A DNA stretch of 63,153 nucleotides, filler included, from Thraustochytrium aureum (taxonomy: Eukaryota), in NCBI GenBank assembly GCA_012862495.1. It is 3 parts of 3 records of this genome, joined end to end, with 100 filler letters (N's around TTAATTAATTAA, not from the genome) between each part and the next. Parts side by side here need not be neighbours in the genome. Positions count along the whole stretch, not along the records: positions 1 to 19,280 come from BLSG01000142.1; positions 19,381 to 49,819 come from BLSG01000145.1; 1 more part is not named here. The stretch is one strand, 5' to 3'. Each line of letters opens with the position of its first letter. Position 1 is the first letter of the stretch. The position numbers and the translations under genes were made by a program. Below the pieces are notes generated by a model, which had not been told where the DNA came from, searched no databases, and was given only the letters and a program-made list of their open reading frames with translations. Below are positions 11,555-21,810 of this stretch, piece by piece.

Positions 11555-14500
11555 ATGGGGGGAGCTGCGTCGACCAGGTCGAAACGCGCCGACTCGTCGA
11601 GCAGCGGCAAGTACAAGGCGAGCGGCGCGCAGCTCGACGAGTCTGGCAAGCAGCGCTCGTCCAAGCGGCAGACGCTCAGCGAAGACGCGGAGAGCTCCTC
11701 AGATCACTACACGCTGCGCGAAGATGCGGTCGAACAGCGCGCTGTAGAGCGCGAGGTGGACCGAAGCATTCGCAAAACGATGAAGAGGCTGTCTATTTCC
11801 AGCAAGGTCGTGTCTCGCGACTTTATGNNNNNNNNNNNNNNNNNNNNNNNNNNNNNNNNNNNNNNNNNNNNNNNNNNNNNNNNNNNNNNNNNNNNNNNNN
11901 NNNNNNNNNNNNNNNNNNNNNNNNNNNNNNNNNNNNNNNNNNNNNNNNNNNNNNNNNNNNNNNNNNNNNNNNNNATTTCCAGCAAGGTCGTGTCTCGCGA
12001 CTTTATGCGGACCGCGCAGGATGCAGAGACGTTCAGGCAGTTCGTGGAGCACAGCGCCAACAACGAGGACGCAGCGTTCGCGAACGAGCTACTCGCCGGG
12101 GTTCACGGCGAGTCGGGCAAGGTGTTTCTGCGCGACACGCTGATCGAGCTCAAGCGCGTCTTGCAAATCAATACTCTGGCGCGCGAGCTCTCGCTGCGAC
12201 ACGACTCTCGGTCGCAGTTCGCGCTAATGATCCGTACGGTGTGCGATATCGTGGGGGCGGATCGCGCCGTGCTGTACATGGTCGACAACGCACAAGAGTT
12301 GCTGCGCGTTCAGGTGGTACGGCAGGCGGGCCTGCACTCTACCGACGACAAGTTCTCCATGGCGATCCCGATGGATCAAGACGTCTCCGGATGGGTGGCC
12401 AAGAACGGTGTTTCCGTCAACATCCCCGACGCGTACAGCGACGCCAGGTTCTGCCCACTTTTGGACGAGACAACAGACTACCAAACGCGGCAGCTTCTCA
12501 CCGTCCCCGTCGGCTTTGCTGCACGCGAGTCCGCGGCGCGGCGCGGAAGCGTCGCCCCGGAGGACAGCCTCCGGCTTGTCTCGATGGTCGAGGAGATGCA
12601 AAAGGGCCAAAAACGCCACGGGCCAGCTCAGCAATGGTCACGCCGGAGCCGAGGGGGGTGGTTCAATATACGCGTCCAGCGGGTCTGCAAGCCCACAGCA
12701 CCCCGCAGGCCACCAGCACAGCCCACACGCACCATCGACCATTCGGCGGACGAGCTCGGTGGCCTCACTAGGCGGGCGGCAGTCCAGCACAGCGGTTGGA
12801 GATCGCCTGGAGGTGGAGGCCGTCATTCAGGTCATGAACAAGATCGACGGCACCCCTTTTTCTGATGAAGACGTGGCGCTCCTGGAGTCGGTGGCGACGA
12901 TCATTGCCGGTTTCGTCTCGCATGCCAAGCTCCGCGAGAAGGAGCGCCGCGAACGCTTGCGCAAGGAGGCCGTGCTCGACGTGGCTGTCTCGCTCGGCTC
13001 GCGCTTGGACGTGCACTCGCTGATTCACACGATTGTGAACAAGCTCCAAGTGACGTTCCGCACAGACCGCTGCTCGCTATTCTTCGTCAACCGCGACGAG
13101 CAGGTCCTCTGGACAGTGGCGAGCAACTTTGCTAACGAGTGGAGCAGCATTAGCAAGGACGACATTATTACCCTTCCGATGGACAAGGGCGTCGCAGGGT
13201 TTGTGGCGCGCACCGGCGAGCTGGTCAACATCAGGGACGCGTACCAGGACGAGCGGTTCTGCAAAGACGTGGACCTCGCCACGAACTTTCGCACCCGGTC
13301 AATTCTTTGCGGGGCCGTAAAGAACTCTCAGGGCGATGTTGTGGCGGTTGTGCAGCTCATCAACAAGCGCAGCGACATGCTGGTCGGGATGCAAAGCATG
13401 CGCAAGGGGCAGTCGGTCAGCAGTCTATCGTCCTCAATGCGTGCGGCGCCCTATCGGGCAGACTCTGGCCGGCCCTCTTTCATGACCCGCAACAGCCGGT
13501 CTTCCATGAGCAAGGACTCGTTCCGCGACTCGTTCAGGGACAGTATCGCGTACGGGGGCGGCGGCAACCTGGACGCTTTGTTTGACCAGGAAGACGAGCA
13601 GCTTTTGAGCGGAATGTTCTCAATGCTGGGCGTGGCCATCTCCAACATGGAGCTATTTTCGCAAGCCTTTGTCGTGCAGAACCGGCTCAAGTGCGTCTTG
13701 GAGAACGTGTCTGAGCTCGTGCTCACTGTCGACAGGAACGGCAAGCTGATGGGCAGCAACCGTGGAAGCCGCGCGATAAACGTTCTGTTTGGCTGCGAAG
13801 AGGACATCGCGGCGGAGCGCATGCGGAACGAGACAGTCGCCGATTGGCTCCCAGATGAGCAGATTGCGAGGGACCTGCAATCTGTGCTCGAAGAGTCGCG
13901 CAAGTGCTCGTCGCAGGAGACAGAGATGGGCGAGATAGGCGTGGCGCGCTCGGAGCACCTGGTCAACAGCACGGGCCACGTGGTCAACTACACGATCAAG
14001 CCCCTTATTGGCGTGGGGACGAGCTTTTCCAACCTCATCCGGCTGCAGAGCCAAGTGGCGCGGGTTTCCAGCAATACGCGGCCCACACTCCCCAAGTCCG
14101 AGTTTGGATCCGTGAACGAGTTTCCCTTCGCCGCCGACACGGCGGTGGAGCTGCCCGCCAGTGCCGAGCCGGCCGAGCTCGCGTGGGGAGGCGGGCGGAA
14201 CGAGCCTCATTTGCTCAACAACCCGAAGGGTTCGCAAAAATCTGACAGCCAGAGGAGGCCCAAGGTGTATTGTCGAGAAGAGTCCCTCCTGGAGCTCAAT
14301 TCGAGCGACTCTGTGAGCGTTTGCAACGGCAACGAGACCCGCGCCACAGAAAAAGAGTTTCTTGGTGCAGTGCTGTGCATTGACGACAAGACTCCGGAGC
14401 AAAAGCTGAGGCAGACACTGAACAAATACTTGGCCCCAGACCTCGTCAACCACCTACTGACGCAGGACGGCAAGTTGCAGCTCGGCGGCGTCAAGCAAAA

Positions 14501-15826
14501 GGTGAGCATTCTGTTCTCGGACATTCGAGGCTTCACCACGTTTAGCGAGGAGGTGGGGCCTTCCGAGGTGTTTCAGACCCTGAACGAGTACTTTTCCTGC
14601 ATGGTTGAGGTGATCACTCAGCACGGCGGGATCGTGGACAAATTTATTGGCGACGCGCTCATGGCCGTGTTTGGCGTCCCGAAGGCCACGCCGCACGACG
14701 CCACGAACGCTTGCAAGGCTGCAATCGCCATGGAGCGCGAGCTGGGCGCCTTCAACGAGGGGCGAATGGCCGCCGGCAAGCCCGTCATTAAGATTGGCGT
14801 CGGCGTCAGCACGGGCGAGGTCTACAGCGGCAACATTGGCTCCGAAAACCGATTCGAGTACACAGTCATCGGGGACGCCGTCAACGTGGCCTCTCGGCTA
14901 GAGTCGAGCACGAAGGAGTACGGGCTCACCAACCTAATCAGCGACTCGACGTTTCAGGATATGCTCGACAGCGGTGCCGAGGTAGTCGTCTCAACGACAT
15001 GGCAAACTGCGAGAGCGAGCTGGACCGAGAGGCGGCAAAGCCGCGAATGTTCCTGCGCGAGGTGGACGTTGTGCGGGTGGCCGGCAAGGACGACGTGACG
15101 CGGCTATTTGAGGTTTTGGGCTTTGCAACGACCCTCTCTCAAGTTGCATCCCCTGAAAAGATTGCTGCACTTCGAGAGTACGGCGCGGGGCTCCGCGCGT
15201 ATCGCACCAAAAACATTAAGGGGGCGTTCACCCACTTTGAGCGTGCCGCAGACATGGGCGACACCCCATCGATCCTGTTTGAGGAGCGATGCGACCACTT
15301 GCTCGAGAACGGCGGGTTTGAGCACCCAGACTGGGACGGTGTCTGGGACATGCAAAAGGTGAGCGTTTGGACATACAAGGCGCTCGAGCGCCCGCCGCTC
15401 ATGCGCCGTGCCTCGACGCGATGCAATTTGTTGTCCTTTGACAAGGACCTCGCTGAGGCGGATTCAGAAATCGCCAAGTCGGCAAGTTTTGGCGGGACCC
15501 GTACTCAGCTCTTGAGCTCTTCGTATCGCGAGAAAAGTACCAAGCGTGTGACCGAGCTTGACTCATTCAAAGAGACCGTCACTGGATACGACTCGGAGGG
15601 CGAGGGCAAGACGGACGCGTTGTCGGCAGACCGCGCTCCAAAGCAGCGGCGTCGCGATCGAAAGCAGTCGATAATCATCAAGCCCTCTGCTCTAAAAAGC
15701 GGGGAGATTGACACGCAGACGCTGCAGCGTCCAAGGCGCTCGAGTGAAAAAGGCCAAAACTCGAATCTCGTTGAGCATCTTGATGCTGCGGAGATGGCCA
15801 ACTTTGAGACCAACATAGTTACCTGA
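11555..15826 (+). CDS. GAF-GAF-PAS class III adenylyl cyclase with TPR-like C-terminal region; spurious gap 11828-11974; frameshifts near 12601 and 14990
   Basis: Two GAF domains (ADRAVLYM...IPDAYSDARF...NKIDGTPFSDED and TDRCSLFF...IRDAYQDERF...NK...FDQEDE), PAS-like LENVSELVLTVDRNGKL, and catalytic ILFSDIRGFT, DKFIGDALM, EYTVIGDAVNVASRLE; ends the conserved part with WDGVW. Confidence 0.9.
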
Positions 15827-16769
15827 AAGCCAAGGCCAGCGTTTAAAAAAGGAATAGCTCTAGTCCGCAGCGCGCGCAGCTGTCTCCGTCCCCAGCTCAA
15901 AGGCGACCAGAGGTTTGCGGCGGCATTCCAACTGCTTCGGTCTCCACGCCTGCTGGTGCTGGTACTGCTGCGGCTGGTGCTGCTGCTGCTGCCACCGCAA
16001 GCTCCTTGTCGTGCCTGCGGAAACACGGCCATCTAGCTTTATCGTGCCATGACGCTCAAAGACGGCGTGGCGACCTTGGCAAAGTAGAATGATTTGATGC
16101 CAACATCGTCCCTGCTGGTCTTGTCGCGAATCATACGCTCTTCGCCCCGAGGCAGGCGCGGAGGCCGGTGCATGGCCCTCCAACATTCTTGGACACGACC
16201 TCGNNNNNNNNNNNNNNNNNNNNNNNNNNNNNNNNNNNNNNNNNNNNNNNNNNNNNNNNNNNNNNNNNNNNNNNNNNNNNNNNNNNNNNNNNNNNNNNNN
16301 NNNNNNNNNNNNNNNNNNNNNNNNNNNNNNNNNNNNNNNNNNNNNNNNNNNNNNNNNNNNNNNNNNNNNNNNNNNNNNNNNNNNNNNNNNNNNNNNNNNN
16401 NNNNNNNNNNNNNNNNNNNNNNNNNNNNNNNNNNNNNNNNNNNNNNNNNNNNNNNNNNNNNNNNNNNNNNNNNNNNNNNNNNNNNNNNNNNNNNNNNNNN
16501 NNNNNNNNNNNNNNNNNNNNNNNNNNNNNNNNNNNNNNNNNNNNNNNNNNNNNNNNNNNNNNNNNNNNNNNNNNNNNNNNNNNNNNNNNNNNNNNNNNNN
16601 NNNNNNNNNNNNNNNNNTTTGCCGCTTGCCGCAGGGTCCGGTGCTGTCCGCGCGGCCGCCAGAGCCGTGTCGATCACTCAGTCTGTAAGCGCGCCGCGCC
16701 GGCCCGCTGAGTCTTGTCGCCTGGCGCAGAGGCCCCCGGAGCGAGTGCACGCAGCGCAGAGTGCAATCG

Positions 16770-17767
16770 ATGGCCACTGATGAGATGGCAGGATTGGCGC
16801 AGGCATGTGCCTGCGAGGTCGTGGTTGGCGCCGCGCGGCTGCGCGTGGTGTGGCCGTGCGCTGATGCACAAGCAGGCGCAGGCGAGCCGACCGCGAAGCG
16901 CTCCAGGGCCGCGAGCAGCAGCGACGGACGCCCTGGCCGCTGGGGCGCGGCCTCGAGGCAAGTCCCGGCCAGGCCGAGCTGGGTCGCTCGCGGAGACGCC
17001 CTTCCCGTGGTGTTTCTGCTGCACGGGCGCAAGCAAAACAAGCACAAGCTGGACGAGATTGCGTCGCGGTTTTCCAAGCTCGGGCTCCTCTGCGTGTACG
17101 GCGACCAATCGAATCACGGCGAGCGACTCGTGGACGGCGAGCGCAACGAGGCGTGGGCCCGCGAGAACGCGACGCACGCGACGGACATGTACGGGCAGAT
17201 GCTGACATCTGTTCGCGAGCTGCAGGTACAGCTCGATATATTGCCAGCTTTGCTTGACGTCAAGTTTTCCCGGGTCGGCGTCTTTGGGATCTCGCAGGGC
17301 GGCCATGCCGTGCTGCTGTGCATGACGAACGAGCCGCGGGTGGACGTCGGCGTCTCGCTGATCTCGTCAGGCGACTACGCGCTCAACATGCGGAAGCGTT
17401 ACACCTCGTTGGTGGCAGACACCAAGGACCCCTCAACTCTGGGCGCACTGCCAGCGTTTGAGGAGCTGTTTCCGGCCGCGCTGGCGGCGTCATAGAGACG
17501 AGCGACCCAATCAGGAACGTGCAGCGTCTGGCGGCTGGGCTGCGTCCTATTCTGATGATCAACGGGGCGGCCGACACGCTCGTGCCGGTGGAGTGCAACG
17601 TTCAGCTGCACAACGCGATGCTCCCTCACTACCAAGCGTCTGGGCAGGAGGACCGACTGCGGCACTTGATCCTCACTGACGTCAAGCACGAAGTGACGGA
17701 GACGATGCTCGTGGAGTCGGAGGGCTGGCTGGCCAAGTACCTTGCGGGCGAGCCCGCCTCGGAGTAG
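16770..17767 (+). CDS. alpha/beta-hydrolase (esterase-like); frameshift near 17489
   Basis: FLLHG, nucleophile elbow GISQGG, NGAADTLVP (Asp) and KHEVT (His). Confidence 0.85.
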
Positions 17768-17960
17768 CGATCAGCGACGTTTCCAGTGGGCTGCGGGGAC
17801 GGCGACGCGCGCCAGCTGGGCACGCTGCGCTGTCGGCATGAATAAAGAAAACGGACGCCTGGCTTCCGACCACCGCCACCTTCTGTAGAAAGAAAGAAAA
17901 CGAAAAGAGAAAAGCGCGCCGATACGCGGTCGGAGAGAAGCAAGGAAAAGAGTAATACGC

Positions 17961-18415
17961 TTAGGCCACGAGGGTGGAGGCCGTGCTAGACTCGTACTTC
18001 CAGGTAGGGGGCAGGGCCTTGACGCGCTTGTAGTAGCGGGCGAGGCGGTGGATGCGCGACTCGACAAGAATCAGGCGGTACTTGGAGTCGCGGTCGCGGC
18101 GGTTGCGCTCGAGGTGCTTGCGCATGCTGACCGCCTTCTTGATCAGAAAGTACAGGTCCTCGGGGAGCTCGGGCGCCATGCCGTTCTTCTTGAGGAGACG
18201 GAACATCTTGTGGCCGACAACGGCCTTGACCTGGGCGATGCCATGCGAGTCGCGAAGATCACGCCGATCTGCGACGGCGTGAGGCCCTTTTTGGCGAGCT
18301 TGCAGATCTGCTCCTCAATCTCAGCCGGGTTGACGTTCAGCCACGACGGCGGCGTGCGCTTGTAGGGCAGCGCCGAGTCGGAGATACCCTTACCATTCCC
18401 GTACACGCGGCCCAT
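17961..18415 (-). CDS. RPS13: 40S ribosomal protein S13 (uS15); 1-nt deletion near 18257
   Basis: [66 protein letters not shown] and [13 protein letters not shown]. Confidence 0.97.
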
Positions 18416-19280
18416 CTTTCCTGCTCGCTCGACCGCCACATCCCGTCAGCTCCAACCCAATCCGCGCATCCCCGGAGCCACGCCCACGAGCGCCACGGCG
18501 CAAGGCCAACNNNNNNNNNNNNNNNNNNNNNNNNNNNNNNNNNNNNNNNNNNNNNNNNNNNNNNNNNNNNNNNNNNNNNNNNNNNNNNNNNNNNNNNNNN
18601 NNNNNNNNNNNNNNNNNNNNNNNNNNNNNNNNNNNNNNNNNNNNNNNNNNNNNNNNNNNNGAGAAACGCTCTGCCTCGACGTTTCCTCTGCAGCATACCT
18701 TTGCTCTGTGGTCGGCCGCCGCCAGCCACTCACCGATGCGGGGAATGCGTTCCGCAATAGTAAAGACGCAAGGTGGGGCTGCTGGGCGGAGGTGACGTGC
18801 GAGGCGTGGCTGCGTTCCGCGATGGCCAAGGCGCAAGGGGAGAGCTGCTGGGCGGGGGAGTCTGCGAGCTCGGGGAAGGGCGTTCTGCAGGAGATGCGCG
18901 CCAAGGTGCAGCTGGTGGGCTGGGGTGTGGCTAGGGCAAAGGGGGGCTCACTTGCGTTCTTCAAGAGACGCGCGCCAAGGTTGAGCTGGTGGGTTGGGGC
19001 TGTTCCCGATGTCGTTCGAGAGATTTGCGTTCTGCAGGATACACGAGGCAAGGTACAGCTGCTGGGCTGGCCTATTCTATGGTGTGCACTGGCGCGAGAA
19101 ACCCTAGCCCTACATGGTTTGTGTCCGCCCAGACAGTGATGTGCCTGTGACGGGCAACCCACGTCGGCGTCTGCCTTGCTCTGCCCATGTCACCGCGAAC
19201 GTCGCGCAAGGCGGCGTTTTTGCGCATGTGCATGACCGCGAGGCGGCTTACGAAGACAAGGGCTCGGCAGGGCAGGGGCG

Positions 19281-19380
19281 NNNNNNNNNNNNNNNNNNNN
19301 NNNNNNNNNNNNNNNNNNNNNNNNTTAATTAATTAANNNNNNNNNNNNNNNNNNNNNNNNNNNNNNNNNNNNNNNNNNNN
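19281..19380. other. artificial scaffold linker N44-TTAATTAATTAA-N44
   Basis: Six-frame stop 12-mer at 19325-19336 centred in exactly 100 nt; identical structure at 49820-49919. Confidence 0.97.
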
Positions 19381-19387
19381 GGGCCTT

Positions 19388-20895
19388 GTGAACGCCGTTT
19401 CGGCCAGCCTAGGCCTGCTCGGCGGCTACTTGGCGCCACTCGCCCCGGCCGACCACGTCGCGTCTGCCGCGCGCGCCCCGCTCGCGCTCTCGATCGACGG
19501 CCTTTCGCCCATTTCCCAGCGCGGCTCGCCGGTCCACGCAGGGGCCTCGAGCCAACACCGGTTCGTGCCGCGCCTGCAGGTCCAGAGCAACGGTGCTTCC
19601 AAGCACTCTGCCTCCCTGTGCGGCCCCAACGGCGCGCAGATCTCCAGCGTGGGGGACAAGGCGGCGCTTCCGAAGCTCTTCCCGGAGGCCTACAACGCCA
19701 AAGAGGCCCTGCGCCCGAGCGAGCACGGCGTGCACCTCGTGCGCCTCACCAAGAACCAGCGCCTCACCCCCCTGGACTACGAGCGCAACGTGTTCCACCT
19801 CGAGTTTGACATCTCGGGCACCTCGCTCAAGTATCAGATCGGCGACGCGCTCGGCGTGTTCGGCCACAACGACGAAGCCGACGTCGACGCGTTCATCGCC
19901 GCTTACGGGCTCAAGGCGGACGCGCTCGTCTCGATCCCCTCGCGCAAAAAGTGGACAAGGGCCTCGCCGAGCTCGTCAGCGTGCGCAACCTGCTCATCAA
20001 GCACCTCGACATCCTCGGCAAGCCGTCGAAAAAGTTTTACTGCGCGCTCGCCGGCCACGCCTCGTCGCGCTACGAGTACCTCAAGCTCATGCACACCGGC
20101 ACGGACGACAACGAAGCCTTCAAGCTCGGCGTCAACGAGGGCGTCACCTACGCCGACCTCCTGCTGCACTACAAGACGGCGCGCCCCACCATCGAGCAGA
20201 TCGTCGAGATGGTGCCCTTCATCCAGGCCCGCCACTACTCTATCGCCTCGTCCATGAAGCTCAACCCCCGCTCGGTGCACCTCCTCGTCGTGGCCGTGGA
20301 CTGGGTCACCCCGCTCGGCCGAACCAAGTACGGCCAGTGCACGCGCTACCTGGCCAACCTGGATCCGTCCAAGGGCGGCGACATCTGGGTCTCTGTCGAC
20401 GTCATGCCCAGCGTGCTCCGTCTCCCGGAGGACCCCAAGCGCCCCATCGTCATGTCGGGACTCGGCACGGGCATGGCCCCCTTCCGCGCCTTCGTGCAAG
20501 AGCGCAAGTACCAGAAGGAGCTCGGCATGGAGGTTGGCCCCGTCGTGCTCTTCTTCGGCTCGCGCCACCGCCACCAAGAGTGGCTCTACGGCGACGAATG
20601 GGAGCAGTACCACGAGGAGGGCCTCGTCACGCACCTCGGGCTCGCCTTCTCTCGCGATCAGGACGAGAAGATTTACATCCAAGACCGGATCGAGCAGTCC
20701 ACTGAGCTCATGGGACAGCTCATGGGCCCGCAGAAGGGAACGTTTTACCTCTGCGGTCCCACATGGCCGGTGCCTGCCGTCAACGCCGCGCTCTGCCGCG
20801 CGCTCAACCCGGAGGCGGCCAAGCGGGGCGAGGTCGACATGGACATCATCGAGAACCTCAAGGACGAGGGCCGCCTCCTCTACGAGGTGTACTAG
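19388..20895 (+). CDS. NADPH-dependent sulfite reductase flavoprotein (Met10-like), FAD/NADPH-binding C-terminal part; 5' truncated by scaffold start; frameshift near 19947
   Basis: NQRLTPLDYERNVFHLEFDI, RHYSIASS, GQCTRYL, GLGTGMAPFRAF, FYLCGPTWPVP and terminal YEVY. A PNO-type fusion cannot be excluded without the 5' end. Confidence 0.8.
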
Positions 20896-21810
20896 ACCAG
20901 CGCAGAGCAGAAGAAGAACAGTACGCGACGAATCGCATCCTTGCCAGTTTCTACCTATCTTTTACAAATTTCGGCAAAGCCGCGGGGGTCGCTTGGCCGC
21001 CCGCCGCCCCGACTGCGGTCGTTCTGCTCCTGACGGCACCATTACCAGTTGCCCCTCCGGTATGAAGAGGCTTGCCGCGAGTTGGTCACCAACGCCAGTC
21101 TGAGGCCAGGAAGGATTGCCCGTGGGTGGGTGGGTGGACCCCCGCGACCCACGCCTTGCGCTGTTGTCGCTTATGTTGTGGGCGGTCAGTGCCGGCGCAG
21201 GCTTGCGCGGCCGCTCGGCCAGGTCCGCCGACTGCCTTGACAACGACGGCCCAGTNNNNNNNNNNNNNNNNNNNNNNNNNNNNNNNNNNNNNNNNNNNNN
21301 NNNNNNNNNNNNNNNNNNNNNNNNNNNNNNNNNNNNNNNNNNNNNNNNNNNNNNNNNNNNNNNNNNNNNNNNNNNNNNNNNNNNNNNNNNNNNNNNNNNN
21401 NNNNNNNNNNNNNNNNNNNNNNNNNNNNNNNNNNNNNNNNNNNNNNNNNNNNNNNNNNNNNNNNNNNNNNNNNNNNNNNNNNNNNNNNNNNNNNNNNNNN
21501 NNNNNNNNNNNNNNNNNNNNNNNNNNNNNNNNNNNNNNNNNNNNNNNNNNNNNNNNNNNNNNNNNNNNNNNNNNNNNNNNNNNNNNNNNNNNNNNNNNNN
21601 NNNNNNNNNNNNNNNNNNNNNNNNNNNNNNNNNNNNNNNNNNNNNNNNNNNNNNNNNNNNNNNNNNNNNNNNNNNNCGCTGACCGATGGCCCTTCTTCCT
21701 CGCTTGACCCAGCTGCCCCCCGAAAGCAGGAATGGCGCAAACGCTCGAGGCGCTCGTCGACGGACTGCGGAATCCACATCAGCCTCTCTTCGATCCCTTA
21801 CTTGATCTTC

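Noticed and set aside
11795..12007. 33-bp direct repeat flanking a gap (possible target-site duplication)
   Set aside because: Identical sequence on both sides of the Ns is an unmerged contig overlap; removing it leaves a continuous frame.
18250..18262. Programmed frameshifting, RNA editing or mass pseudogenisation as the cause of about 16 frameshifts
   Set aside because: They are single-base gains or losses, mostly at short homopolymers, in both directions, with no shared slippery motif, and include otherwise intact RPS13. Sequencing error is far more likely.
19325..19336. TTAATTAATTAA palindrome (also 49864-49875) as a biological site
   Set aside because: Six-frame stop linker centred in exactly 44+44 Ns. 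It is a concatenation artefact, so synteny across it is meaningless.
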